From contig CAZETV010000002.1 of assembly GCA_964514965.1 (NCBI GenBank), forward strand, positions 188,545 through 245,056: a DNA stretch of 56,512 bases, given 5' to 3'. Both the position numbers and the translations under genes were made by a program. The notes beneath the pieces are model-generated. The model made no database searches and was not told the origin of the DNA. It saw only the letters and a list, made by a program, of their open reading frames with translations. Source of the stretch: Candidatus Hadarchaeota archaeon (lineage in GTDB: Archaea; Hadarchaeota; Hadarchaeia; Hadarchaeales; Hadarchaeaceae). Below are positions 38,452 through 47,883 of the stretch, in pieces. How positions within the stretch are numbered: the stretch's first letter is position 1; each line of letters begins with the position of its first letter.

Positions 38452-39453
38452 ATGATAAGCGAAGAGAAAGTTCAGAGGCTAGTGTTTGAGATTTTACGAA
38501 TCCTTAAAGAAAAAGAACATGATGGGCCAGTGGGCGCACGGACGATAGCCAGGGAGCTAGGTAAAAGAGGATTTAAAATAGGAGAAAGAACAGTACGTTA
38601 TCACCTAAGACTACTCGATGCAAAAGGATTTACCAAAAAGATAGGTTCACTAGAAGGGAGGCTCCTCACAGAAGAGGGTAAAGAAGAGATAAAACACACT
38701 CTTGTTGGTAAACGCGTTGGTTTCGTTATTGGAAAAATTGAGGAACTCATCTACAGAATGAGTTACAACCTCAAAAGTGAGAGAGGCACCATAATCGTTA
38801 ACATTTCTTTACTGGATGCGAGGGAACTTAAAAAAGCGCTTGCTATAATGAAAAAAGTTATCGGTGCAGGGTATGCCTCTAGCCCTTTAATTAAAGTAGC
38901 TCATGAAGGGGAGAACATAGCGGAGGTTAGCGTGCCTAAGGGAAAGATTGGCATAGCCACTATGTGTAGCATTACTATTGACGGGTTGTTGACGAAGGCA
39001 GGCGTTCCTGTATCCCCAAAATTTGGTGGAGTTTTAGAAATCGAAAATCGAGAACCAAAAAGATTTACCGATGTTATAACCTATCAGGGGTCTTCGTTGG
39101 ACCCTCTTGAGGTTTTTGCGTCCAGAAAGATGACCTCATACTTAAATGTGGTAAAAATGGGGTCTGGTAGAATACTCGCTAATCTTAGGGAAATTCCCAT
39201 GCTCGCGAGAGATTCTGCCCAAGATATCATAAACCAAGCTAAAAGGAATGGATTAAATGGTGTTTTGGTTATGGGCGCCCCAGGTGAATCTTTGTATGGG
39301 CTCCCCGTTGATGTGAACCGAGTGGGCATAGTAATCTTAGGTGGAATTAATCCAATGACAGCGGTTGAAGAAAGTGGCATCGCAATTGAAACAAAACCTA
39401 TGGAAACGACATTAGATATTGCAGAAATGCAGCTTATTCAAAAATGGATGTAA
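38452..39453 (+). CDS. nrpR: Second NrpR-like regulator (wHTH plus NRD/DUF128).
   Basis: ILKEKEHDGPVGARTIARELGKRGFKIGERTVRYHLRLLDAKGF... Paralogue of 25785..26771, about 35% identity. Confidence 0.65.
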   Translation: MISEEKVQRLVFEILRILKEKEHDGPVGARTIARELGKRGFKIGERTVRYHLRLLDAKGFTKKIGSLEGRLLTEEGKEEIKHTLVGKRVGFVIGKIEELIYRMSYNLKSERGTIIVNISLLDARELKKALAIMKKVIGAGYASSPLIKVAHEGENIAEVSVPKGKIGIATMCSITIDGLLTKAGVPVSPKFGGVLEIENREPKRFTDVITYQGSSLDPLEVFASRKMTSYLNVVKMGSGRILANLREIPMLARDSAQDIINQAKRNGLNGVLVMGAPGESLYGLPVDVNRVGIVILGGINPMTAVEESGIAIETKPMETTLDIAEMQLIQKWM

Positions 39454-39480
39454 GGACCAATCATTTTTAATCTATAGTAG

Positions 39481-39565
39481 TGCGGGGGACAGGATTCGAA
39501 CCTGCGAACCCCTTCGGGATGAGGTCCTAAACCTCACGCCTTTGACCTGACTTGGCTACCCCCGC
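39481..39565 (-). tRNA. tRNA-Leu (anticodon TAG), type II long variable arm, no intron.
   Basis: Revcomp GCGGGGG-TA-GCC-AAGTCAGGTCAAA-GGC-G-TGAGG-TTTAGGA-CCTCA-TCCCGAAGGGGTTC-GCAGG-TTCGAAT-CCTGT-CCCCCGC-A. Confidence 0.85.
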
Positions 39566-39595
39566 CCAATTCAGATTTCATCTCAGAAGATAAAA

Positions 39596-39808
39596 CTACC
39601 ACATTCGACCCGGTTTATCTCTGCCTAGAGCCTCGCGCTGGGCCATCCGCTCGAAGCGTGCCTGTTTTTTTGCCTGTTTGTAGCAGCCCTTACAATAGGA
39701 CTTACCCATCGTTCGCTTAGCGCATGCGCGGTGGAGCTCGACATTGCAGCTCAAGCACTTAACAATCGGCGGCTCAAGAGGTTTGTCACAGATTGGGCAG
39801 TTGGGCAT
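39596..39808 (-). CDS. Small zinc-finger protein (CPxC...C...C, C..C).
   Basis: MPNCPICDKPLEPPIVKCLSCNVELHRACAKRTMGKSYCKGCYKQ, 70 aa. Confidence 0.4.
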   Translation of the reverse strand: MPNCPICDKPLEPPIVKCLSCNVELHRACAKRTMGKSYCKGCYKQAKKQARFERMAQREALGRDKPGRMW

Positions 39809-40209
39809 GTGGTCACCAGCTAAACTGCATTAACAATATCTGGAATTAAGTAATTAAAGTATCGAGCTCCGGCGATGTTTAAGTCCGACTACAATCCAGC
39901 TTCTCGCTTAAATTCGGGTCTTGTTCTATAAAACGCCATGAATGAGGATAAAAGAGTTATCAGGCTACTGACGAACAGTATCCACAGGCCCCAACGACTT
40001 CCTCCTCTTGCAAGATTTTCTATACTGTAGAAAAAAATAGAATCACCCCACAAACAATAGAGACACTGAAAATGCTTTTTCTAGGAATGGACTATCTGAC
40101 CACTTATAAACTCACTCAACCGTGCCAAGCGGCCCCTGGCAAAACTCGGGCTTGACTTCATCACTTGCCACAACCCTCACTCTGCTCACTTGTAGCCGAT
40201 TAAAAATAT

Positions 40210-40785
40210 TTAGTCGGAACTCGGTTCCAACAAATCCTTGCTCAAAATCGCGAAGGTGTCGCCACCAACCTGATAGAAGTTCCGGACTTTTTCAACATTC
40301 ATAAATCTACCGTCAAATGCGCCCTCGTTCGCGTACGCTGCGACCACCTCTCCCACGAATAGGGTATGATCTCCCGTGGTAATCTGGTTCACAAGCTTGC
40401 ACTCGAGATGGGCAACGCATTCTTCGACGATCGGAGATTTAACGACTTTTGCGGGCTTGGCAGTCAAACCAATCTCGGAGAACTTGTCATGCTCGCGCCC
40501 AGAGGCTCTGCCGCACTTGATTGCTTTGTCGAGGATTTCAACTGCGGGGATATTTATTACGAATTCTTTGGCGCGCGCGATTAGCCCATGTGAGTATCGG
40601 CGAGGGGCAACGAGAACCCCAACAAGCGGCGGGTTCGCGGAGAGTGGCGCGGCCCAAGCGATTGTAATTAAATTAGGCTTTCCAGTCGTAGGGTCGACAC
40701 AACTGACAAGGACGACCAGCCTCGGGTAAAGTAATCTATACGCTTTTTGGCTTGGCACTTCTATTTTTTCCATCCCAATCACCAT
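40210..40785 (-). CDS. Flavin reductase-like (FMN-binding split-barrel, flavoredoxin-type) protein.
   Basis: RLVVLVSCVDPTTGKPNLITIAWAAPLSANPPLVGVLVA...HTLFVGEVVAAYA. ATG at 40785. The track ORF 40210..40902 reads through the upstream tRNA. Confidence 0.7.
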   Translation of the reverse strand: MVIGMEKIEVPSQKAYRLLYPRLVVLVSCVDPTTGKPNLITIAWAAPLSANPPLVGVLVAPRRYSHGLIARAKEFVINIPAVEILDKAIKCGRASGREHDKFSEIGLTAKPAKVVKSPIVEECVAHLECKLVNQITTGDHTLFVGEVVAAYANEGAFDGRFMNVEKVRNFYQVGGDTFAILSKDLLEPSSD

Positions 40786-40787
40786 GG

Positions 40788-40899
40788 TGCCCCGGGCGGG
40801 ATTCGAACCCGCGTCACAGCCTTTCTTCGTTAGCAACTCGAAAGGGCTGTATGATTTCGGCGGAGATTTACTCCTTGACCGGCCTACACCACCGGGGCC
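40788..40899 (-). tRNA. Intron-containing tRNA, most likely tRNA-Glu (anticodon TTC).
   Basis: Acceptor GCCCCGG/CCGGGGC, T-arm GCGGG-TTCGAAT-CCCGC, anticodon stem CAGCC/GGCTG with loop CTTTCGA followed by a 16-nt insert (GTTGCTAACGAAGAAA). A further ~20-nt insert (GGAGTAAATCTCC hairpin) sits in the D-arm region. The genomic CCA overlaps the ATG of the next gene. Confidence 0.55.
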
Positions 40900-41026
40900 C
40901 AATACCGTTTATGTTTTAAATTATTAAACTCGACTTCTTTGGAACATTTCTCGACCACAAATTTTTTTACTAAGTCGGTGGGGCACCATTATCTGTTCAT
41001 TTGACAAATCTGAAATCTATTCAAAT

Positions 41027-41046
41027 GGTGGGCCCGAAGGGGTTTA
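41027..41046. repeat. Short copy (GGTGGGCCCGAAGGGG) of the tRNA-Met 3'-end sequence. Possible att remnant.
   Basis: Matches gggcccgaaggg of the tRNA-Met gene at 51031 and the copy at 42391. Confidence 0.4.
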
Positions 41047-41160
41047 TACTTTTCTAGGTGTGAGTCCATCCGATTTCACCCAAAAAAATTTCCTTCATTG
41101 TATAGCACCTGAACCAAGGGCCCCGTCTTAATAAAAATCGCGCCTAGGCCTCCGGGACGG

Positions 41161-41360
41161 GAGCGCCTACTCGGAGAACTACACCTACGACGACGCCAAC
41201 CAGCTCCTAGAGATCGTGGCCTCGAACAACAGCGTCACCACCCTGAGACTTATGACAACAACGGCGGCATGACCGGCATGGTGACCACGGTCGGGGGAAC
41301 CGTCACCGACAACATGGCCTACTTCTACGACTACGACGGCAGGCTGGTGCGGGTGGAGAA
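41161..41360 (+). pseudogene. RHS/YD-repeat protein gene fragment (high GC, no intact ORF).
   Basis: Translates to ...SYSENYTYDDANQLLEI... and AYFYDYDGRLVRVEN, which are YD-repeat motifs. Near-duplicate of 42069..42120. Confidence 0.5.
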
Positions 41361-41388
41361 CTTAGATTTAATCGACTCCCCCCCTGAT

Positions 41389-41655
41389 TTATTTTCCCTT
41401 GTACGCCCCACGCCTGTGTCTGACGTATTGAATTTCAACCGACGCCTCACTTACTATTCTGTAAATAATCCGATAATCCCCAGCTCGTAATTTCCAGTAC
41501 CCCTCCCATCCGCCGTGGAGCTTGTCGCCCGCCCTGACATCGTCAAACAATTCGTCCATCGCCAGCTCTATCCGCCGTTGCACATCCGTCGGGAGCTTTC
41601 TTATGTCCCGCATCGCCCTTCGGGTAAAAGAAATTTCAACCATGTTGACGCCCAT
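41389..41655 (-). CDS. relE: RelE/ParE-family type II toxin.
   Basis: FTRRAMRDIRKLPTDVQRRIELAMDEL...WKLRAGDYRIIYRIVSEASVEIQYVRHR. Confidence 0.8.
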   Translation of the reverse strand: MGVNMVEISFTRRAMRDIRKLPTDVQRRIELAMDELFDDVRAGDKLHGGWEGYWKLRAGDYRIIYRIVSEASVEIQYVRHRRGAYKGK

Positions 41656-41681
41656 CGTTTAAAACGATTCAGTACCAGCTC

Positions 41682-41972
41682 TCACTTATTTTTTACACTC
41701 AAGCGCGGGGGCTGACGCCCGAAGACTTCCTCGTAGGTATAAATCCTTCCGGCCGCAGAGTCCTCTTGGGCCTCTCTAAGCGCGCGCAGAGCACGAGGGT
41801 CTGCCATCTCCTCAAGGGTCGCCATTATGCTGTTGTATTCCTTAGCCCCAATAACCACAGCGACGGGCTTCCCCTTTCTGCTCACGACAATCTGTTTCCC
41901 CGCCTCGGCATCGCGAAGCAAGCGGGGCAACTTTCGGTTCGCTTCCCTCACTCCTACAACCCGTCCAACCAT
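41682..41972 (-). CDS. Phd/YefM-family antitoxin.
   Basis: VGVREANRKLPRLLRDAEAGKQIVVSRKGKPVAVVIGAKEYNSIMATLEEMADP. Upstream of relE with 26-nt gap. Confidence 0.75.
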   Translation of the reverse strand: MVGRVVGVREANRKLPRLLRDAEAGKQIVVSRKGKPVAVVIGAKEYNSIMATLEEMADPRALRALREAQEDSAAGRIYTYEEVFGRQPPRLSVKNK

Positions 41973-42068
41973 CTGGATCACCAGTAACAATCGCCGTTAT
42001 CATACTTATAGGTTTGTATCTTTGTCAATACAAATGTATGTACTAAGTGTGAGGTTGCCAAGGAGAAC

Positions 42069-42326
42069 ATGGCCTACTTCTACGACTACGACGGCATGCT
42101 GGTCCGGGTGGAGAACTCGGCGACCTGGCCCAAGCTGGTCGTGGAGTACGGCTACGACCCGCTGGGCAACCGCGTCCTGCGGCGTGAATATCGTCTCTAC
42201 GAAAACGGCGACAGGACCGGAGAGAACGACCTCTACTACGTCGACGACTTGGCCGGCTCTTTGACCCAGGTGCTCCAGGCGTCCGACAACGCGGGGCGCT
42301 GTCCTCTGCGTATAAGGAATCCATGA
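42069..42326 (+). pseudogene. RHS/YD-repeat C-terminal fragment.
   Basis: MAYFYDYDGMLVRVEN...YGYDPLGNRVLRREY. Isolated 85-aa ORF, GC-rich island. Confidence 0.5.
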
Positions 42327-42390
42327 AACGCGAGATCGTGAAAGAGCTTTCTATTGGGTCCGAAAATGACGAAATATTCTTACCTGGGCA

Positions 42391-42423
42391 GGTGGGCCCG
42401 AAGGGATTTAACCCGCCAACCAC
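42391..42423. repeat. Degenerate direct copy of the tRNA-Met 3' half (T-arm plus acceptor). att-like remnant 8.6 kb from the intact gene.
   Basis: gggcccgaagggatttaacccgccaaccacgaac vs gggcccgaagggattcgaacccttgaccactcgg at 51031. About 26/30 identical, same orientation. Confidence 0.55.
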
Positions 42424-42764
42424 GAACTTCTAGACCCAACTCAGAACCGCCTTGGAACCGACGCAATAAGCGAAAACGCTTTCGGGGGCCCACGCTATGA
42501 CCTCCCTGTGCGCCATGAACTGCCAATTTTTATTTATGAAACGTGGGGGATGAAGCTGGGGGCCGGATTATGCACCGTGGGTTTGGGTTCGATGGCTCAA
42601 GTGCGTTGGCGAGGCGCCGCACGGACTGCTCGCTGGGGAGGTTGAAAGAAATATACGAGAAGGCGGGGTTGAGGATGCTTTCCTAAGATTTAGACCTCAT
42701 GCGCAGCAATTGGTAAAATATCTGCACCTGTGTTGAGTAAAAAAATAAAAAGGGACGGAAAGAA

Positions 42765-43049
42765 TTACTTCTTTCCGAGCACTATTTCAATTGTTGAGAC
42801 GTTTGTTGCACCGCGTTCTCCTTGCATGGACTCGGTTCCTATCAAAATGTTCTTCACTATCATGTTTTGCAGGAATCTGTTTTTGGTGATCTCCGCAACG
42901 TCGACCGCTCTGCTAATCGCTTTGCCTCGTGCCTTGAGGGTGACGTCGCCGACACCCTGGTTGGCCTGCGTTATCACTGCAAGGACGTAGTTCATCACTA
43001 GTTTTATTCCAATAAAAACCACGTTTCCAGCGGCTCTTTGTTCTGCCAT
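42765..43049 (-). CDS. albA: Alba (Sso10b) DNA/RNA-binding chromatin protein.
   Basis: [52 protein letters not shown]. Confidence 0.9.
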   Translation of the reverse strand: MAEQRAAGNVVFIGIKLVMNYVLAVITQANQGVGDVTLKARGKAISRAVDVAEITKNRFLQNMIVKNILIGTESMQGERGATNVSTIEIVLGKK

Positions 43050-43165
43050 AGTTTCTTACCTCCCCACGATTTGTCCAAATATTCTATGATTTCTAATCCT
43101 AAATTTTTTGGGGTTAATCCCTTGGCGAGGAACTACTTTATAACCTGACGAAGAAACCATGAGAA

Positions 43166-43831
43166 CTAGACTGGAAGTCTTAACACTACGATCTTTTGTT
43201 CCTTAGGTAAACTGTCTTTCGTGACGCTAAGGCCCGGACCATTGGTTTTCTCAACGGTTTTCTTACCTTTTAGAAATGCATCGAGGGCGATAGGCATCAC
43301 CCTTGACAACCACGGCGATGCACCTGAGAACCCTGTGTTGTAATGCATCGGTATAATTATTTTCGGGTCCAATTTGGTGATAACCGACCATGCGACATCG
43401 GGCCCTATGGTGGCTCCTCCCGCAACTGGTGTGCACAGCACGTCTACCTTGCCTATCTCCTTTGCCTGCTCCGCGGTCAGGTCGTGACCTAGGTCTCCCA
43501 AATGACACAGTTTGAGGCCGTCAAGCTGTACAGTGTAGACGCTGTTCTTCCCTCTTTGGCTGCCCCCAGCGTCGTCGTGTAGGGTCGCCACGCCCTTCAC
43601 TGGAATGCCTCCAACGTCCTTTGCGCCCACGAATCCTTCTAGGGCATCTCCTCCTTCTTTGAGGACCGGTTTTACGTTGTTGTGGTCCCTGTGGCCGTGG
43701 CTGCACAGGACGACGTCAGCTTTTGCCTTTGGCTCAGGTAAGCCGATCCCTCCGAAGGGGTCAAACACGATTGTAGCATTCTGTCCCCTCACCTCAAAGC
43801 ACGCGTGCCCATGCCATAGAATATTCACCAA
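43166..43831 (-). CDS. Metallo-beta-lactamase-fold hydrolase (UPF0173-like).
   Basis: NILWHGHACFEV...VLCSHGHRDH. Confidence 0.7.
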   Translation of the reverse strand: MVNILWHGHACFEVRGQNATIVFDPFGGIGLPEPKAKADVVLCSHGHRDHNNVKPVLKEGGDALEGFVGAKDVGGIPVKGVATLHDDAGGSQRGKNSVYTVQLDGLKLCHLGDLGHDLTAEQAKEIGKVDVLCTPVAGGATIGPDVAWSVITKLDPKIIIPMHYNTGFSGASPWLSRVMPIALDAFLKGKKTVEKTNGPGLSVTKDSLPKEQKIVVLRLPV

Positions 43832-43977
43832 AATACCCGCCCCCTTTCTAAATGCACCGAGTTTTAATAGTTGAACAAAGCCTTAACTTTTTCGCTCTCC
43901 TGGAGTTTGATGGCATGCTGAATTCTCCGCTTTAGACTCCACCTCCCAAACCATTGAATGGGAGGTGTGGAAAAAGC

Positions 43978-44277
43978 ATGACCACATACGTGGGTTTGGA
44001 TGTGCATCTGCGCACGTGCCACGCGACGGTGATGGACGAACACGGAAGAATCCTGAAGCAGGAGAAATTCCCGAACGAGCGTCCGGAGTTCGAGAGGGTC
44101 CTCAAGGGCATCGACGATGCGAAGGTCGCGATGGAAGCGTGCTACTGCTGGCAGCCCGTTCACGAGCTGCTCGAAACCTTTCTCGTAACCAGATTGCCTA
44201 TTGCGGCATTCAATATTCCTATTGTCGTCGTAGTTTTCATTTTTCATCAGGCCTCTTCCTTTGATATAACTCGGTGA
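43978..44277 (+). pseudogene. IS110-family transposase N-terminal fragment (truncated).
   Basis: MTTYVGLDVHLRTCHATVMDEHGRIL...AKVAMEACYCWQPVHELLE is the DEDD N-domain only. The 3' part is overwritten by the convergent radical-SAM gene. Confidence 0.55.
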
Positions 44278-45625
44278 CAAGGTAGTGCATCGCTTTTCTA
44301 AATATGAACCCTTTATCCTTTATCAAGTCCTTTGCTAGTGTTTTTGGACGAAGGTAAAATTTCAGGTAAGCCAATTTCAAAGCGTTTGCTATCTGAGACG
44401 CCGTGAGGTATTTTAATTTCATTACAGGGTCCAATGTTGTGAATTTTTTCCAGTTCGTTGTGAGAAGTAATTTTTCTTTCAAAGCATATGACCATAATTT
44501 CGTCCCCGGATAAGGAGTGGCTATGGTAAATTGGGCGAAATCAACTCCTACTTTTTTCGAAAAATTTATTGTTTTATTAACATCTTCCCCATTTTCCTCG
44601 GGAAAGCCTATCACAAAAGACCCCAGCGCATGCAGTCCAGCTTCCTTCGCGTTTTTCACGGCCAATCCCGATTTTTCCAGCGTGATCCCTTTCCCAATGA
44701 AATCGAGTGTTTTTTGGGAGCCTGATTCCAGGCCAAAGTATACGGTGTGGGCTCCTCCTTTTTTCATCGTGTTTGCAATTTCCGCAGAGAACGTGTCCAC
44801 TCTTGAAGACGCGGTCCAAGAAATATCCAATCCCTCTTCCCTTATTTTCTTGGCTATTGCGATCACCCTAGGTTTCAATAAGGTGAATGTATCATCCATA
44901 AATTCCACGTCGGTTTTACCGTATTCATGCCTGAGTATGGATAGTTCTTCCATGGTTCTCTCCACGCTGTGCCCACGCCATTTCTTCCCGAATTGCAGGG
45001 ATGAGGAGCAGAATATACAGTTGAATGGGCAACCCCTGCTAGTAATTATTGTCGCAAATTCAACTTTGCCCGACTTGTATTTTTTCATGGGAAGTAATTC
45101 ATAAGATGGAATTGGAATTGTATCGATGTTTTCTATCAGCTTTCTTGGCGGGTTATTTATTATTTTTCCGTTCTTTTTAAAAGTCAACCCATTTATCTTT
45201 TTAAAATCCGCTCCATTTCCGAGGGCATAGACCAGTTCTTTAAATGTGTCTTCCCCTTCCCCTCTCACGATAAAGTCTACATACGGGCATTCCTGCATGA
45301 TCCTCTCTGGTACAAAAGTTGCGTGTGGCCCTCCTAAAATAATATTAATGTTTTCATTTATCCCTTTAGCGATCTTTGCTATTTCGTATGCATCTGGCAT
45401 CATCGAAGTTGTCGCCGTTAAACCAACTATGTCAGGGTCTGAATCTCTTATTATCTTGGCCACATCTTCCCTTCCGTATCCTTCCGCAATTGAATCGATG
45501 ATTTTCACGTCATGTTCATCTTTTACCATTGAAGCAAGATATGCTAAGCCAAGAGGGGGCATGGTTTCGCCCATAACTCTTCTTACGGCGCTTTCTGTTG
45601 GGGGAGAAACCAGCATCACGTTCAT
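44237..45625 (-). CDS. B12-binding domain radical SAM enzyme (class B rSAM).
   Basis: N-terminal cobalamin-binding domain (PLGLAYLASMV...DIVGLTATTS), then SRGCPFNCIFCSS. Confidence 0.8.
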   Translation of the reverse strand: MNVMLVSPPTESAVRRVMGETMPPLGLAYLASMVKDEHDVKIIDSIAEGYGREDVAKIIRDSDPDIVGLTATTSMMPDAYEIAKIAKGINENINIILGGPHATFVPERIMQECPYVDFIVRGEGEDTFKELVYALGNGADFKKINGLTFKKNGKIINNPPRKLIENIDTIPIPSYELLPMKKYKSGKVEFATIITSRGCPFNCIFCSSSLQFGKKWRGHSVERTMEELSILRHEYGKTDVEFMDDTFTLLKPRVIAIAKKIREEGLDISWTASSRVDTFSAEIANTMKKGGAHTVYFGLESGSQKTLDFIGKGITLEKSGLAVKNAKEAGLHALGSFVIGFPEENGEDVNKTINFSKKVGVDFAQFTIATPYPGTKLWSYALKEKLLLTTNWKKFTTLDPVMKLKYLTASQIANALKLAYLKFYLRPKTLAKDLIKDKGFIFRKAMHYLVTELYQRKRPDEK

Positions 45626-45665
45626 GTTATCTCACTTTTTCTGGGTGGCCGGTCATATACCGGTG

Positions 45666-47189
45666 TTAGGCAGCCATCCGCGGTGGAACTTGGGATCTTG
45701 ATCTAGCCTGCTCGAGCTCCTGCCAGTAATGGATGTTGTGGATGCAACCCGGGTCGGGCGCCTGTACGTCCCCATAGTAGCCGTAGGCACGTGCCCTGCA
45801 CCCGCCGCATATGTACTTGTGTTCGCATTGGCCGCAGTTCTCCAGGGCATCGCGGTTCCTGAGCTTCCAGAGGAGCTCCGTGGAGTCCCAGATATCGCGC
45901 AGCCTGTCCTTCCTTATGTTGCCGAGCTTGATGGGCATGAAGACGCAGGGGGTTATGTCGCCGTTAGGTTCGAGCCCGCAGTACAGCCTTCCGGCCCCGC
46001 ACCCCCCTAGGAACTCCGCGAGGCTCTTTGTCCGCCCCTGTAGCGCACTCATGGCAGCGCGGTTCGTGAAGTGCGTGGCCACCACCCCGACCGCATCGTT
46101 GCCCAGAGCGTACTCCCAGGAGACGGTGGAGTACTGGGGCGCAGTCGAATAGCATATCATCTTGCAGTTGCTGTCCATCATCCTGTTGTAAAGGTACTTG
46201 AGGAGCTCCTGCCTGTCCTCCGGGCTTAGGTCCTGTTCGGTGATTTCCTTTCCCCTCCCCGTCGGCACGTAGTTGAATACTATCACGCGTCCAACTCCGA
46301 GCTCCTTCTCGGCGAAGTCAACCAGCTTCGGAATCTCGTGAAGGTTATAACGAGTTGCGGTGAGGGCAACGCAGGTGTCAATCCCTTCGGCAACGCAGTT
46401 CTTGATTCCCTCGCATGTGCGCTTCCAGGCCCCGGGCACCCCCCTGAACTTGTCGTGGGCCGCCTCGAATCCATCGAGGGAGATTTCAGCGTAGCCGAAA
46501 ACATCCTTCATCTTCTTGGCCATATCCCGCGTGATCAGCGTTCCATTGGTAGCGACTGAGGTGTAGAACCCCCTGCTTTTCGCGTATCCGGCGACTTCAA
46601 AGATGTCCTTCCTCGTTAACGGCTCTCCCCCTGAAAAGGCGATGGCAACCACGCTGGCATCTTCGAACTCGTCGATTACGTGCTTGGCCTCCTCGGTTGT
46701 GAGTTCGTCCTCCATCGCCTTCGGTCCTGCATTCTCATAGCAATGCTCGCACCGCAGGTTGCATAACTTTGTATAGTTCCAAACGACCAGGAAGGGCGCC
46801 ACGGAGATGAAGGGCCTTCGAGTGCCGTAACGCGCGATGCCCTCCAGCACGTTGACCATGGCGCGCCTTATCATCGGGTCCGACATGTTTTCCTTCAGAT
46901 TGGAGTCAGAATAACCGAAGGCGTTTGCCCCGTGATCAAGCACGAATTTAACGATTAGTGAGGCGAGAGCGTCCTGCACGTCGCATTTAATTTCCTCGCC
47001 GGTATATTTACGAAGAGCAATATCGAGCCTGTTGCCTCCCCCCCTGCTTCGGCCACAGACTAATCTTAGCATGGCCCTTGAGACTGGGTTATCGAGCCAA
47101 CGCTGGACATGGCCAATTACCGCATCCTCAGTCCTAACCTCAGCTCCCACCTTGATGCTTTTGTTGGAGGCCATTCTATCCACCCCCAA
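45666..47189 (-). CDS. Radical SAM enzyme with C-terminal SPASM domain and ~130-aa N-terminal extension.
   Basis: CNLRCEHCY core; SPASM cysteines CGQCEHKYICGGCRARAY. Confidence 0.8.
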   Translation of the reverse strand: MGVDRMASNKSIKVGAEVRTEDAVIGHVQRWLDNPVSRAMLRLVCGRSRGGGNRLDIALRKYTGEEIKCDVQDALASLIVKFVLDHGANAFGYSDSNLKENMSDPMIRRAMVNVLEGIARYGTRRPFISVAPFLVVWNYTKLCNLRCEHCYENAGPKAMEDELTTEEAKHVIDEFEDASVVAIAFSGGEPLTRKDIFEVAGYAKSRGFYTSVATNGTLITRDMAKKMKDVFGYAEISLDGFEAAHDKFRGVPGAWKRTCEGIKNCVAEGIDTCVALTATRYNLHEIPKLVDFAEKELGVGRVIVFNYVPTGRGKEITEQDLSPEDRQELLKYLYNRMMDSNCKMICYSTAPQYSTVSWEYALGNDAVGVVATHFTNRAAMSALQGRTKSLAEFLGGCGAGRLYCGLEPNGDITPCVFMPIKLGNIRKDRLRDIWDSTELLWKLRNRDALENCGQCEHKYICGGCRARAYGYYGDVQAPDPGCIHNIHYWQELEQARSRSQVPPRMAA

Positions 47190-47793
47190 AAGTAGAAGTG
47201 ATCTTTGACCAATCCGCAGCCCATCGGATCTGGTTGCCGTACTTGTCCATGAGCAGCAAATGCCTGGCCGGGAAGGGGAGTTCGTCCAAGTTCGTTATCA
47301 ACGGCGTTGGGGGGTTCCTGGCGATGCTGTCGCCATTGCGATAGCATATGCCGGTTACTGTGGCTAGGCCGCCGCCGCTTTCGAGTGCTTTCGTCAGATT
47401 GAGCATAGTTCTTTCCCCTTCGCCGACGCAAACCGCATCCAGCTGGGGACACCCTTTCAGGGTTTCGGTCGGGAGGAACGTGGGGTGTGCGCCGCCCATT
47501 ACAGTAAAGGCGTCCGGGCAGGACTCCTTGGCTATACCCATGGCGGCCATCGCGCCGTAGATTGTCGGCGTTACGGCCGTTGTGCCCACGATGTCCGGAT
47601 TCTCCTTTCCCAGTCGCGCTTTCAATTCCGCGGGCCCGATGCACGTCGCTGGGACGTCTATTATCCCGACCTCGTGCCCAGCCCCCTCGAGAACCGCAGC
47701 TATGTACGCCAGTCCCATCGGAGGCATCAGGATCTTGAGGTACTCCTGAACTTCCATCCCCGGCGAAGCGGGGTTGATTAATATTACCTTCAT
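47176..47793 (-). CDS. Standalone B12-binding domain protein (possibly the truncated 5' half of a class B rSAM gene).
   Basis: KVILINPASPGMEV...PPMGLAYIAAVLEGAGHEVGIIDV...DIVGTTAVT...FPARHLLLMDKY, then the ORF ends just where the CxxxCxxC would be expected. Overlaps the next rSAM by 14 nt. Confidence 0.55.
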   Translation of the reverse strand: MKVILINPASPGMEVQEYLKILMPPMGLAYIAAVLEGAGHEVGIIDVPATCIGPAELKARLGKENPDIVGTTAVTPTIYGAMAAMGIAKESCPDAFTVMGGAHPTFLPTETLKGCPQLDAVCVGEGERTMLNLTKALESGGGLATVTGICYRNGDSIARNPPTPLITNLDELPFPARHLLLMDKYGNQIRWAADWSKITSTFGGG

Positions 47794-47883
47794 TTTGCCA
47801 TCCCCTCAGGGCTCGGCGGTTTTCGCCCGCCCGGGTTCGGGGGCCATATGAGTACCGCCTTTATGCTCGATGCGCCCTCCGTT

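Noticed and set aside
40902-40990. Short match to the tRNA-Glu 3' end (GGGGCACCA) about 80 nt upstream of the tRNA
   Set aside because: Only a 9-nt match in inverted orientation. This is within chance expectation.
41827-42423. ORFs 41827..42264 (+) and 42043..42423 (-), with Arg/Pro/Ser-rich products
   Set aside because: They are products of the high-GC RHS-fragment island. The only coherent reading is the YD-repeat frame (42069..42326), itself a fragment.
43864-44280. 138-aa minus-strand ORF
   Set aside because: It is the antisense of the IS110 transposase fragment. The plus frame carries the recognisable DEDD motifs.
47117-47644. 175-aa minus-strand ORF (Arg-rich) overlapping the B12-binding domain gene
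   Set aside because: It is an alternative frame of a gene with a clear cobalamin-binding fold. The composition indicates frame noise.
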